From positions 75,500 through 139,499 of the forward strand of contig LGFX01000003.1 in the NCBI GenBank assembly GCA_001508335.1: DNA of 64,000 nt. The letters are read 5' to 3'. Position 1 is the first letter of the stretch; each line of letters begins with the position of its first letter. The position numbers were made by a program, and so were the translations under genes. The notes below the pieces were generated by a model. That model was not told where the DNA came from. It saw only the letters and a list, made by a program, of their open reading frames with translations, and searched no databases. Positions 28,669-38,105 of this stretch are shown one piece after another. The DNA comes from a candidate division TA06 bacterium 32_111 (GTDB lineage Bacteria; Hydrothermota; 32-111).

Positions 28669-29697
28669 TCACTCCACAACATTTTTCATTCTGTTCAACA
28701 TTCTTTTTAAAAAATATAAAAAAAGAAGAAAAACAGAAACAAAATATAAAAAGTATAGGCTGTGTAAATTTAAGAAAAATGAAAGAACTGAAAGAATTGC
28801 AAAATATAGATTTAAAGAGTAAATTATCAGAACACTTTTTATGTGTTTTCCATCATTTCCTTTAATAATATGGTGAATGTGCAGTTTGTCAGGAGCAAAA
28901 ATCTTTTTTCTTCCTAAAATCCTTCTACCAACAGAAAGAAAAAGATCAAGCATTGGATAGGAGAAAAGTATCAAAAAAGATAACCATTCTTCTGGAACGT
29001 GATACATTAAAATCATAATAACCATAGAAAATAATGATCCGAGAAAAAGGCTTCCAGTGTCACCCATAAAAATTTTTGCTGGGTAAAAATTGAAAATCAA
29101 AAAAGCAATAAGTGCTCCAACAGTTGAAAGAAGTATATAGGAGATGTAAAATTTTCCAATAACCAAAGAAAAAATAAAAAGTGGAATAGACAATATTATC
29201 GATATACCAGCACAAAGACCATCAAGTCCATCTACAAAATTTATACTGTTTATTACTAAAGCGAAAAAAATTGCTGAAACAAAAGTTAGAACTGTGTTTG
29301 TTAGGATAAGGTTTCCATATATAATAGCGAGATCGTTTTTGTTCCACAAGAAAAATAGAGTCCCAGCAAAAAGTTGAATGAAAAGTTTTAATTTTGCAGA
29401 GACTCCTTTAACATCATCAAGTATTCCAATAAAAATAAAAAACAGGGAAACGGTGATCATTCTTAAAATTACTTTTTCAAGAGGGGTTATCCCTGATGCA
29501 TCAAGAAGAATAACAGAACCCCAAACACTAGCAAAAAACGCAAGTCCTCCAAGTGTTGGTATATTTTCCGTATGAATTTTTCTATCGTTATCAGGCACAT
29601 CGTGGAAACCGTAATTTAAAGAGAACCTTTTTATACCGTAAGTTAAAATCAAAGAGATTGTAAAAGAGAAGATGAAAATAAAAAAATATAAAAGCAT
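28669..29697 (-). CDS. Glycosyltransferase family 4 polyprenyl-phosphate HexNAc-1-phosphate transferase (WecA/MraY-like)
   Basis: 342 aa polytopic; IPTLGGLAFF, DGLDGLCAG, IFMGDTGSLFLG. Confidence 0.85.
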   Translation of the reverse strand: MLLYFFIFIFSFTISLILTYGIKRFSLNYGFHDVPDNDRKIHTENIPTLGGLAFFASVWGSVILLDASGITPLEKVILRMITVSLFFIFIGILDDVKGVSAKLKLFIQLFAGTLFFLWNKNDLAIIYGNLILTNTVLTFVSAIFFALVINSINFVDGLDGLCAGISIILSIPLFIFSLVIGKFYISYILLSTVGALIAFLIFNFYPAKIFMGDTGSLFLGSLFSMVIMILMYHVPEEWLSFLILFSYPMLDLFLSVGRRILGRKKIFAPDKLHIHHIIKGNDGKHIKSVLIIYSLNLYFAILSVLSFFLNLHSLYFLYFVSVFLLFLYFLKRMLNRMKNVVE

Positions 29698-29740
29698 AGA
29701 TTTTAATTATAATATTTATAACCCTTAAGTCAATAAAATA

Positions 29741-30253
29741 TCACCATATATCTGTGTGAATTCTTTTCTTATCAAACCTTTCAACAGTTTGAGGATTCTC
29801 TTTTGGATATCCCAGAGAAACTATCGAGAAAGGAACAAAACCTTCTGGAATTTTTAATACATTTCTCACAATTTCAATCCTTTCATTTTTTGGATATACT
29901 CCGATCCAGCAACTTCCTATTCCATAAGCCCAAGAAGCAAGCAGAATGTTCATAGTTGCTGCTGATAGATCCTGTGAAAAGTATCCACTATCAGGTTGTT
30001 TTTTTGTATTAGCAAGAACAACTATACAAAGAGGTGCTTTTTTAAGCATTTTTGCATATGGATGGTTTTTAGCAATCTCGTTCAATTTTTCCCTATTTTT
30101 TACTATAAAAAATTCCCATGGCTGTTTGTTGTGTGCAGATGGGGCATACATTGCACTTTTTATGATTTCAAAAATTATTTTATCCTCTATATCTTTATTC
30201 TGATACTCCCTAACACTTCTTCTCGTCCTCAAAAATCTTATCAATTCTTCCAT
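29741..30253 (-). CDS. Nitroreductase-family protein
   Basis: 170 aa; RRSVREY, PSAHNKQPWEF. Confidence 0.85.
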   Translation of the reverse strand: MEELIRFLRTRRSVREYQNKDIEDKIIFEIIKSAMYAPSAHNKQPWEFFIVKNREKLNEIAKNHPYAKMLKKAPLCIVVLANTKKQPDSGYFSQDLSAATMNILLASWAYGIGSCWIGVYPKNERIEIVRNVLKIPEGFVPFSIVSLGYPKENPQTVERFDKKRIHTDIW

Positions 30254-30278
30254 ACCTTTCCTCCTTATAAAAATTTTC

Positions 30279-30306
30279 TTGACATCGATTTTTTAAAGTA
30301 TACAAT
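30279..30306 (+). promoter_or_regulatory. Sigma70-type promoter upstream of dnaA (TTGACA-16-TACAAT)
   Basis: cTTGACAtcgattttttaaagtaTACAATaaa, about 30 nt before the dnaA ATG. Confidence 0.55.
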
Positions 30307-30335
30307 AAATTCTTAAAAAATCCAAGAATAGGAAT

Positions 30336-31679
30336 ATGAAGAATATAAATGAAAACTTTCACAGGTTGATAGCGGAAAAAGTCTCCCCTCAGGACTATGA
30401 ACTTTGGCTTTTAAACATAAAAATTACCAAAATAGATGAAAAATCTGTGACTTTCTCAGTTCCTACCGATGTTGCAAGAGATTATATTGAGGATAAATTT
30501 TTTTATGATATAGTTGAAGTAACAAGAAACCTTTTTGGAAAAGATCTTCAAATAACCCTTGTTCCAGAAAAAAGAATTGAATCTATTCCAAAAGAGTTAA
30601 ACCCTTTTAAAATTAAAAACATTGATTCATATGATAACTCTTCTCTAAACCCTCGTTACACTTTTGAAGAGTTCGTTGTTGGAAAATCTAACGAACTCTC
30701 TTACACAGCCTCTCTCTCTGTTGCTAAAAATCCTGGTAATCAGTACAACCCCCTTTTTATATACGGGAAAAGCGGGCTTGGAAAAACACACCTTTTAAAC
30801 GCTATAGGAAACTATATAAAAAAGAACGATTATAAGAAAAAGATATGTTACCTTTCAACCGAAAGATTTTTAAATGAGTATATTTTCGCCATTCAGGAGA
30901 AAAAGGTTTTAGAGTTTAGAAACAAATACAGGGATGCTGATGTTCTTCTAATAGATGATGTTCAATTTTTGAATAGAAGGGAAGGAACACAGGAAGAGAT
31001 ATTTCATACATTCAACGCTCTTTATGAATCAAATAACCAAATTGTTTTAACTTCAGATAGAGCTCCACATGAGATCCCAAACCTTGAACAGAGACTCGTA
31101 ACTAGGTTTCAATCAGGACTTGTTGTAGATATTCAACCTCCCGACTTTGAAACAAGACTCGCTATATTAAGAAGGAAGATAGAAAATGATGAAATCCAGA
31201 TCCCTGATGAAATATTGAATTATATAGCTTTGAATATAAAACACTCTGTTAGAGAATTGAACAGTGCAATACTTGGTATACTTGCAAGAGCATCTTTAAA
31301 TAAAGCAAAAATAGATATCAACCTTGCAAAAGTGGTAGTTTCAAATCTTGTTAAACCTGAAGCACAATTTGTTTCTTTAAGCAAAAAGTTTGGATCAAAA
31401 GAGATTAAAAAGATAGTTGCGGATTATTACAAAATAACAGAATCACAACTTACTGGGAAAAGAAGAACATCTTCCCTTGTTATTCCAAGACAGGTTGCTG
31501 CTTACCTTCTAAAAAAATATGGAAACCTCTCTTTAAAAGAAACAGCATCAGAACTTGGAAAGAAGGATCATTCAACTATAATACATGCGTTAAAAAAGAT
31601 TGAAGTTGAACTCAATAAAAAAGATTCGAAGATTAAAGAAGATATAGATAGTATAATAAGTTTATTAAATATTGATTAG
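30336..31679 (+). CDS. dnaA: Chromosomal replication initiator DnaA
   Basis: 447 aa; Walker A GKSGLGKTHL, Walker B LLIDDVQF, sensor/arginine finger region, C-terminal DNA-binding domain (HSTIIHALKKIE). Confidence 0.97.
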   Translation: MKNINENFHRLIAEKVSPQDYELWLLNIKITKIDEKSVTFSVPTDVARDYIEDKFFYDIVEVTRNLFGKDLQITLVPEKRIESIPKELNPFKIKNIDSYDNSSLNPRYTFEEFVVGKSNELSYTASLSVAKNPGNQYNPLFIYGKSGLGKTHLLNAIGNYIKKNDYKKKICYLSTERFLNEYIFAIQEKKVLEFRNKYRDADVLLIDDVQFLNRREGTQEEIFHTFNALYESNNQIVLTSDRAPHEIPNLEQRLVTRFQSGLVVDIQPPDFETRLAILRRKIENDEIQIPDEILNYIALNIKHSVRELNSAILGILARASLNKAKIDINLAKVVVSNLVKPEAQFVSLSKKFGSKEIKKIVADYYKITESQLTGKRRTSSLVIPRQVAAYLLKKYGNLSLKETASELGKKDHSTIIHALKKIEVELNKKDSKIKEDIDSIISLLNID

Positions 31680-31869
31680 TTGTGGATAAGTTATCAACAT
31701 TTTTTTTATATAAACATTTTTATCAAAATGTTAAAAACTTTTAAACATATTTTAAACAAAAATGTTGATTTTAAATTATTTTTTTTGTATAATTTAAAAA
31801 TGTTATCAACATTGGTTTTTCTTATTAGTAATAGTGATAAATAAGAAAATATAATAATCAGGAGGATAG
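31680..31869. other. Candidate oriC: AT-rich dnaA-dnaN spacer with DnaA boxes
   Basis: TGTGGATAA (31681-31689, complement of TTATCCACA), TTATCAACA (31691-31699), TTATCAACA (31803-31811); weaker TTATCAAAA (31720-31728); an AT tract between them is a plausible DNA-unwinding element. Confidence 0.7.
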
Positions 31870-32979
31870 ATGAAATTTAAAGTTGATAGAAACGAATTTT
31901 TAAAAAATCTTGAAATTGTCTCATCTATAGTTCCAGTTAAACCTGTTGTGACAATAATTTCAAACATAATGATAGATGTTAAAAAAGATAAGTTGATGAT
32001 GTTTTCTACAGATTTTGAAATATCTTTATTTTCTGAAGTTGAATGTTCATCTTCAGGTGAAGGTGTTTTCATTTTAAACGCAAAAACATTGGTTGATCTT
32101 ATAAGAAGGTTACCTGATGGAGAAATAAATTTCAACTATCAGAATGACAGGGTTATTATAAAAACAAAAACTGGTGAGTATAACATTCCTACTTTAAAAA
32201 AAGAAGAGTATGTTGAAATTATAAGAATTGAAAAGGAAAGGGTATTTCCTGTAGATTCACTTCCTTTAAAATCAGCAATAGAAAATACCATTTTTGCTAC
32301 ATCGAAAGATACTGTAAAAATAGCTATTACAGGAGTTCTTTTTGAAATGAACAAAAAGTCTTTAACTATGGTTGCAACGGACAGTCATAGATTAGCCTTA
32401 AACACTATAAATGAATTTTTTGAAGATAATATTTCAGGAAGTATAATAGTTCCTCCAAAATCTTTGCAGATTATAAGGGATCTTATAGATGAGAAAGATC
32501 AACTCTATATGGGATTTGATGATAAAAAGATAATGTTCAAAATTGGAAAGATAGAGATGTGGGCAAAACTCATAGATGGAACATATCCTGATTATAAAAG
32601 GGTTATCCCATACGATAACGAAAAAATAATGATAGTTAATAAAAGCGAACTTTTAACGGCATTAAACGCTGTAAATGTTTTTGTTAACGTTAACACTAAA
32701 CTTGTGAAATTCGAGATATCAAAAAACAAACTTGTTATTTTAGCTTTCCAAAATCAACAGGGTGAAGGAAAAGAGGAACTTCAAGTAAAATATGCTGAGG
32801 ATGAAACTTTAAATATTGGTTTCAACATAAACTATCTTATGGAGATTTTAAAAAGGATAGAGAGTGAAAATGTTAAGTTTAAAATGAAAGGAGAAATGTT
32901 CGCTGTCCTTATAGAGAATGAGGAGAGTAAAATAGGAGAAGAATCCTTCTATATAATAATGCCATTGAGATTAAAATAG
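31870..32979 (+). CDS. dnaN: DNA polymerase III beta sliding clamp DnaN
   Basis: 369 aa, three-domain clamp pattern; GGAGG RBS; immediately downstream of dnaA. Confidence 0.93.
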   Translation: MKFKVDRNEFLKNLEIVSSIVPVKPVVTIISNIMIDVKKDKLMMFSTDFEISLFSEVECSSSGEGVFILNAKTLVDLIRRLPDGEINFNYQNDRVIIKTKTGEYNIPTLKKEEYVEIIRIEKERVFPVDSLPLKSAIENTIFATSKDTVKIAITGVLFEMNKKSLTMVATDSHRLALNTINEFFEDNISGSIIVPPKSLQIIRDLIDEKDQLYMGFDDKKIMFKIGKIEMWAKLIDGTYPDYKRVIPYDNEKIMIVNKSELLTALNAVNVFVNVNTKLVKFEISKNKLVILAFQNQQGEGKEELQVKYAEDETLNIGFNINYLMEILKRIESENVKFKMKGEMFAVLIENEESKIGEESFYIIMPLRLK

Positions 32980-33011
32980 TTTAAAAAATAAAAGTACAAA
33001 AAGAATTCCAA

Positions 33012-35138
33012 ATGGATAACCTTTACCGTAATAAAAAGAATAGAAAGAAAGTTATAAATAGATTTGTATTCTTTACTGGTCTTTTAATCTTTTCTTTCAC
33101 CTTCATTTTTACAGGGCTGATAATATCAGTTTTTATAAATTTGCAAAAAGAGTTACCATCAATGACAGATCTGATTTTGTATAATGTTCCGAGTGCAACT
33201 ATTGTTTATGATGATAACAATAACATAATCGATGAATTTTTTATAGAAAGAAGGATACCAATAAAACTTAAAGAACTTCATCCCTATACAATAAATGCTG
33301 TTATTGCACTTGAAGACCAACAGTTTAGAAAGCATTGGGGAATAAATGTTGGAAGAACGATAGTAGTCCTAATAAAAGATTTACTTATGTTCAAAAAAGC
33401 TGCTGGAGCATCTACGATAACACAACAACTTGCAAGGAACATGTTTTTAGATATGGAAAAAACATGGTCAAGAAAGATTAAGGAAGCACTGATAACTTTG
33501 AAGATTGAAAAAAATTTTTCGAAAGATGAAATTCTTGAAATGTATTTTAACCAGATAAACTATGGAAATGGTAATTATGGAATTGAGGCTGCAGCAAACT
33601 ATTATTTTGGAATATCGGCAAGGCAATTAACACTTGCTCAATCAGCAATGCTTGCACAGATTCCACAGATACCTGAAGTAAACAATCCAAAAGATAACTA
33701 TAAAAGAGCAAAAACAAGACAACTTATTTGTCTTAAAAATATGCTTAAAGAGAAGATGATCTCTAAAGCAGAGTACGAAGAAGCTGTTAACGAATCTATA
33801 GTTGTTATTCAAAATAAACACAGGAACAACTTTGCAAGATATTTTGTTGAAGAGGTTAGAAAAGAGGTTATAAAAAGGTTTGGAATGAACACTCTTTATA
33901 AGGGTGGGTTAAAGATTTATACCACTTTGAACAGTGATATGCAAAAATATGCTGAGGAAGTTTTTGAAAGTAAAATGAAATTTTATGAGAGAAAATATTC
34001 TATACAAGATACAAAAGAAGGGTATGAAGAAAAAATATCAAAAGCAAAGGATTCAACTGAAAAACCCAAAATCGATTATCTTCAGGGAGGATTTTTAGTA
34101 ATAGATAATAAAACTGGTGAAATAAAGGTTTTGATCGGCGGAAGAGATTTTTACCATTCACAGTTTAATAGAGCTTTTCAAGCAAAAAGACAACCTGGAT
34201 CGATATTCAAAATATTTTTGTTTTCCACAGCCATAGAGAATGGAATGTTCCCAGGAGATATAATAATGGATACTCCGGTTGTTCTTGATGATGGCACAGA
34301 TCAAAAATATAAACCGAGAAACTATGATGAAAATTTTTTGGGACCTATCCCTTTAAGAACAGCACTCGCATTATCCAGAAATGTTACTGCGATAAGGTTG
34401 ATAAAAAATATTGGACCGGAAACTGTAATTAAACATGCAAGAAAACTTGGAGTAAATTCTCCTCTCTTACCTGTTCTTTCTTTGGCACTTGGAAGTAACG
34501 ATGTTACACTTCTTGAAATGGTTAGAGCATTTTCAGTTTTTCCAAACAAAGGTGTATACAAAGAGACCTCTTTGATAAGATATATTGAAGATGCACAGGG
34601 AAACATAATATATACAAACGATCATCCAGAAAAAAAGGTTATGGAAGAGGATGATGCTTATATCATAACAGATATGCTTGAAAGTGTTGTCAAGGAAGGA
34701 ACGGCAGCAAGTTTGAAATATTATAAAATGAATGTTCATATTGGTGGAAAGACTGGAACAACCGATGATTATTCGAACGCATGGTTTATCGGTTTTACAA
34801 AAGATTACACGGCTGGAGTTTATGTTGGATTCGATACACCTAAAACTATAGCAAATAAAGCAACAGGTGCTGTTGTTGCACTTCCAATTTGGGCTGAGAT
34901 TATGAAACCATTTGTTTCATATAAAGATTCAACACCTTTCGATGTGCCTAAAAATATAACTTATGTTAACGTTTGTAAAGAAACTGGAATGAAAGCTGCA
35001 AAGTTTTGTAAATACACAAGGATGGAAATTTATAAGAAGGGAAAGGAACCACAAAAGATTTGTGAAAAGCATTCAACTGAGTATAAACCATCACAGAATT
35101 TTGATATATATAATGAAAATAACCAAATTGAATTTTAG
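33012..35138 (+). CDS. Class A penicillin-binding protein (bifunctional transglycosylase/transpeptidase, PBP1A family)
   Basis: N-terminal TM; GT51 motifs EDQQFRKHWGIN, GASTITQQLARN; transpeptidase motifs SIFK (SxxK), SRN, KTGTT. Confidence 0.92.
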   Translation: MDNLYRNKKNRKKVINRFVFFTGLLIFSFTFIFTGLIISVFINLQKELPSMTDLILYNVPSATIVYDDNNNIIDEFFIERRIPIKLKELHPYTINAVIALEDQQFRKHWGINVGRTIVVLIKDLLMFKKAAGASTITQQLARNMFLDMEKTWSRKIKEALITLKIEKNFSKDEILEMYFNQINYGNGNYGIEAAANYYFGISARQLTLAQSAMLAQIPQIPEVNNPKDNYKRAKTRQLICLKNMLKEKMISKAEYEEAVNESIVVIQNKHRNNFARYFVEEVRKEVIKRFGMNTLYKGGLKIYTTLNSDMQKYAEEVFESKMKFYERKYSIQDTKEGYEEKISKAKDSTEKPKIDYLQGGFLVIDNKTGEIKVLIGGRDFYHSQFNRAFQAKRQPGSIFKIFLFSTAIENGMFPGDIIMDTPVVLDDGTDQKYKPRNYDENFLGPIPLRTALALSRNVTAIRLIKNIGPETVIKHARKLGVNSPLLPVLSLALGSNDVTLLEMVRAFSVFPNKGVYKETSLIRYIEDAQGNIIYTNDHPEKKVMEEDDAYIITDMLESVVKEGTAASLKYYKMNVHIGGKTGTTDDYSNAWFIGFTKDYTAGVYVGFDTPKTIANKATGAVVALPIWAEIMKPFVSYKDSTPFDVPKNITYVNVCKETGMKAAKFCKYTRMEIYKKGKEPQKICEKHSTEYKPSQNFDIYNENNQIEF

Positions 35139-35146
35139 GAGGAAGA

Positions 35147-35782
35147 ATGAGATTTTTAGTTTTTTTTCTTATAATCTTTATCGTTATTCTTTCATTCTCC
35201 TACTTTTATTACTACAATCAAAAGTTTAAACCTGCAGTTGAAAGATACGATGAGATTGTAAAAGAGAATAAAACTTTAACAGAATACCTTAATAGGTTAA
35301 GAGAAGAAAATATTAAAAGGGATAGTCTGTTAAATGCGATAAAATCTCCAAAGAGTGAAGTAAAAAGAATAGATTCAAAAGATTTAGAAACAAGGATTCC
35401 AATACTTTCAGATGATCTTTTCAATCCTGGTGGTTACAATTTAACAAAAAATGGAAAGGGCCTTTTGAAAAAATTTTCAGAGGTTCTTTTGAAGGATGGG
35501 GATGTTGAGATAATAGTTGAAGGGCACACCGATAATGATAAAATCGGCTCTAAAATGAAAAATTTGATTCCAACAAACTGGGAACTTTCCGCTTTAAGAG
35601 CTATAAATGTTTTAAAATTTTTAAAGGATTCCTTGAAAATTAAAGATAAAAATCTTTCCGCAGTTGCTTACGGATCTTCAAGACCTGTTGCTGATAATTC
35701 AACACCTGAAGGTAAAAAACAGAATAGAAGAATAGAACTTGTTATAAAAAGACCTATAGATACGGTTGATACAGTTGAATAA
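35147..35782 (+). CDS. OmpA/MotB-domain protein with N-terminal TM anchor
   Basis: 211 aa; C-terminal OmpA-like domain (NLTKNGKGLL...VEGHTDNDKIG...NWELSALRA...NRRIE). Confidence 0.8.
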   Translation: MRFLVFFLIIFIVILSFSYFYYYNQKFKPAVERYDEIVKENKTLTEYLNRLREENIKRDSLLNAIKSPKSEVKRIDSKDLETRIPILSDDLFNPGGYNLTKNGKGLLKKFSEVLLKDGDVEIIVEGHTDNDKIGSKMKNLIPTNWELSALRAINVLKFLKDSLKIKDKNLSAVAYGSSRPVADNSTPEGKKQNRRIELVIKRPIDTVDTVE

Positions 35783-36695
35783 AACAGATAACAGTTTTGA
35801 TGGAATACACCTTTTCTCTGGTGGTCTCGACTCTCTGATATCATATTTTGTTTTAAAAGATTTAGGATTTAATCCTCTACCAATCTATTTTGAAACACCT
35901 TTCTTTTCCTCTGAAAAAGCAAAAGATATTGCAGAAAAAAATGGTATAAAACTTTCAGTTGAAAATGTTTTCAACGATTATCTTTCAATATTAAAAAAAC
36001 CTGTATACGGTTATGGGAAGAATCTAAACCCATGTATAGATTGTAAAGCCTTTATGATAAACAAAGCGATAGATATTGCTATAAAAGAGGGACTAAAATA
36101 TGTATCAACTGGAGAAGTTTTTAACCAGAGACCGATGTCCCAAACATTTCAAGGTATGAAAAAGATCGAAAAGTTGTTAAAAAGAAAAGATCTTCTCGTA
36201 AGACCTCTTTCAGGGGAGATTTTAAAAGGAAAATTAGAAACCAACACAATTTTCAAAGATAAAAAACTTTTATCAATAGAAGGTAGAAAGAGAGAGATAC
36301 AATTTAAACTTGCAAAAAAATACAATATAAAATATTTTTCCTCTCCATCAGGTGGTTGCCTTTTAACATACAAGGAGTATTCAGAGAAGATAAGAATTTT
36401 ATTAGATTCTAATATAAAAGATGAAAGGTATTTTAAAATGGTTAAACATTGTAGGCTTATAAAGTTTAATAACAGTTTGGCTTTTATAGGAAGGGATAAA
36501 GAGGATAACGAAGTTCTCATATCCCTTTCAAAAAGAGATAATGTTTACCAGATAACTGATAGAAAAGGACCTGTAGGAATATTTTTAGGTGATGATGAAA
36601 AAGATTTTCAAAACTTTTTAAAAAAGATGCTTTTTTACTCCAAACGCGACACAACCCTCCCCCACCTTATTGAAAAAATTGGGGACGGTGCTTGA
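35766..36695 (+). CDS. PP-loop ATP pyrophosphatase related to the ThiI catalytic domain (no THUMP domain), with C-terminal extension
   Basis: SGGLDS PP-loop at residue 18; NPCIDCK; TGEVFNQRPMSQTFQGM...LLVRPLSG parallels ThiI TGESLGQVASQT...LRPL; the last ~7 codons are encoded by the 31-bp repeat. Confidence 0.5.
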   Translation: MIQLNKTDNSFDGIHLFSGGLDSLISYFVLKDLGFNPLPIYFETPFFSSEKAKDIAEKNGIKLSVENVFNDYLSILKKPVYGYGKNLNPCIDCKAFMINKAIDIAIKEGLKYVSTGEVFNQRPMSQTFQGMKKIEKLLKRKDLLVRPLSGEILKGKLETNTIFKDKKLLSIEGRKREIQFKLAKKYNIKYFSSPSGGCLLTYKEYSEKIRILLDSNIKDERYFKMVKHCRLIKFNNSLAFIGRDKEDNEVLISLSKRDNVYQITDRKGPVGIFLGDDEKDFQNFLKKMLFYSKRDTTLPHLIEKIGDGA

Positions 36696-36711
36696 CAGTG
36701 TGACATTTTTA
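36681..36711 (+). repeat. 31-bp GC-rich element GGGGACGGTGCTTGACAGTGTGACATTTTTA (copy A); exact inverted copy at 60321-60351
   Basis: Perfect 31/31 identity to the reverse complement of 60321-60351; contains TTGACA and a TGACA-gtg-TGACA direct repeat; abuts the rsmG ATG. Confidence 0.9.
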
Positions 36712-37244
36712 TGGAAAAAAATCAGATTTTTCAACTAAAAAGTACTCTCAAAGAGTTTGAAAAAGAAGAGTTTTTTGAAGAGATTTTAAACTATTTAAAC
36801 ATACTTTTAAGATGGAACGAAACTGTTAATCTGATATCAAAAAAAGATGAAAATGTAATAATAGAAAGACACCTTAAAGATTCTCTTGTTGCTTTAAAGA
36901 TCGTGGAAAAAGAAAATTATAAAAATATAATCGACATAGGAAGTGGAAATGGATTTCCTGCAATACCACTATCTGTAATTTTAAAAGAAAAAATTTTTAC
37001 TCTTGTTGAAATTAAGGAAAAGAAATTTTATTTTCTTAAAGATGTAAAAGAGAGCTTGAAATTGAAAAATGTTATCTTAAAAAATGAAGATGTTAAGAAG
37101 ATAAATTTTTCTCCATTCGATCTTATACTTTCAAGAGCTTTTTTGAATGGAAAAGACTTGGAGGAGTTTTTTAAAAAGAAAAATTATAAAGGAGATATTG
37201 TTTATTGGAAAAAAATTTATCAACCGATTCTTTTGAAACTCTAA
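36711..37244 (+). CDS. rsmG: 16S rRNA (guanine527-N7)-methyltransferase RsmG (GidB)
   Basis: 177 aa; LNILLRWNETVNLIS, ERHLKDSL, DIGSGNGFPAIPLS. Confidence 0.9.
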   Translation: MEKNQIFQLKSTLKEFEKEEFFEEILNYLNILLRWNETVNLISKKDENVIIERHLKDSLVALKIVEKENYKNIIDIGSGNGFPAIPLSVILKEKIFTLVEIKEKKFYFLKDVKESLKLKNVILKNEDVKKINFSPFDLILSRAFLNGKDLEEFFKKKNYKGDIVYWKKIYQPILLKL

Positions 37245-37270
37245 AAAATGTTCCACGTGGAACATTTTTT
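37243..37270. terminator. Rho-independent terminator: 18-bp perfect palindrome ATGTTCCACGTGGAACAT flanked by A5 and T6
   Basis: Located between the rsmG stop (37244) and parA. Confidence 0.8.
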
Positions 37271-37316
37271 CTTTAACCTATTGAAAATTTCAAAAATTGT
37301 GTTATAGTTTCAAACT

Positions 37317-38105
37317 ATGACCAAAATAATTTCTATTGCAAACCAGAAGGGTGGAGTAGGAAAAACTACAACTGCCGTAAATCTTGGGGCAGCACTCGCT
37401 GTTGCTGAAAAGAAAACTCTCCTCGTTGATATAGATCCACAGGCAAATGCTACATCCTCTTTAGGTTATTATGATAACATTTTTTTGGGAAAGAGTATTT
37501 ACGATTCTCTTTTAAACAAAATTCCAGTTGAGGATATAATTGTAAAAACTGACCTTGAATATTTGGATCTTATCCCATCAGATATATCATTGGCTGCTAC
37601 AGATGTTGAGTTTGTCGATGTTGAAGAAAAGGAGAGTATGTTAAAAAGGGTTCTTTGGAGGATAAAAAATAGATATGAATATATTTTGATAGATTGTCCC
37701 CCTTCTTTACAGATTTTGACTGTCAACGCTCTTGTAGCATCAAAATCTATAATGATCCCGGTTCAGGCGGAATTTTATGCTGTTGAGGGGCTTGCAAAAC
37801 TTTTAAATACGATAAACGGTATAAGGCAATCATTAAATCCATCTCTTGAAATTGAAGGAGTTTTAATAACCATGTACGATAACAGGTTGACTCTTGCAAG
37901 GCAGGTTGCTGATGAGGTTTTAAACTATTTTAAGAGTGCCGTATATAAAACCTATATTCCAAGGAATGTAAAACTTGCAGAGGCTCCATCTTTTGGAAAA
38001 CCGATAATACTTTTTGATCCAGTTTCAACAGGTTCAAAAGCTTATTTAGAGTTAGCAAAGGAGATAATAGAAAAAGATGAAAAAAGCGTTAGGTCGAGGT
38101 CTTGA
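37317..38105 (+). CDS. parA: Chromosome partitioning ATPase ParA (Soj)
   Basis: [21 protein letters not shown] deviant Walker A; 262 aa. Confidence 0.95.
   Translation: MTKIISIANQKGGVGKTTTAVNLGAALAVAEKKTLLVDIDPQANATSSLGYYDNIFLGKSIYDSLLNKIPVEDIIVKTDLEYLDLIPSDISLAATDVEFVDVEEKESMLKRVLWRIKNRYEYILIDCPPSLQILTVNALVASKSIMIPVQAEFYAVEGLAKLLNTINGIRQSLNPSLEIEGVLITMYDNRLTLARQVADEVLNYFKSAVYKTYIPRNVKLAEAPSFGKPIILFDPVSTGSKAYLELAKEIIEKDEKSVRSRS

Noticed and set aside
31741-31800. Additional DnaA-box-like 9-mers (tgttgattt, gtgataaat) in the dnaA-dnaN spacer
   Set aside because: Only 6/9 matches to the consensus; not counted as boxes.
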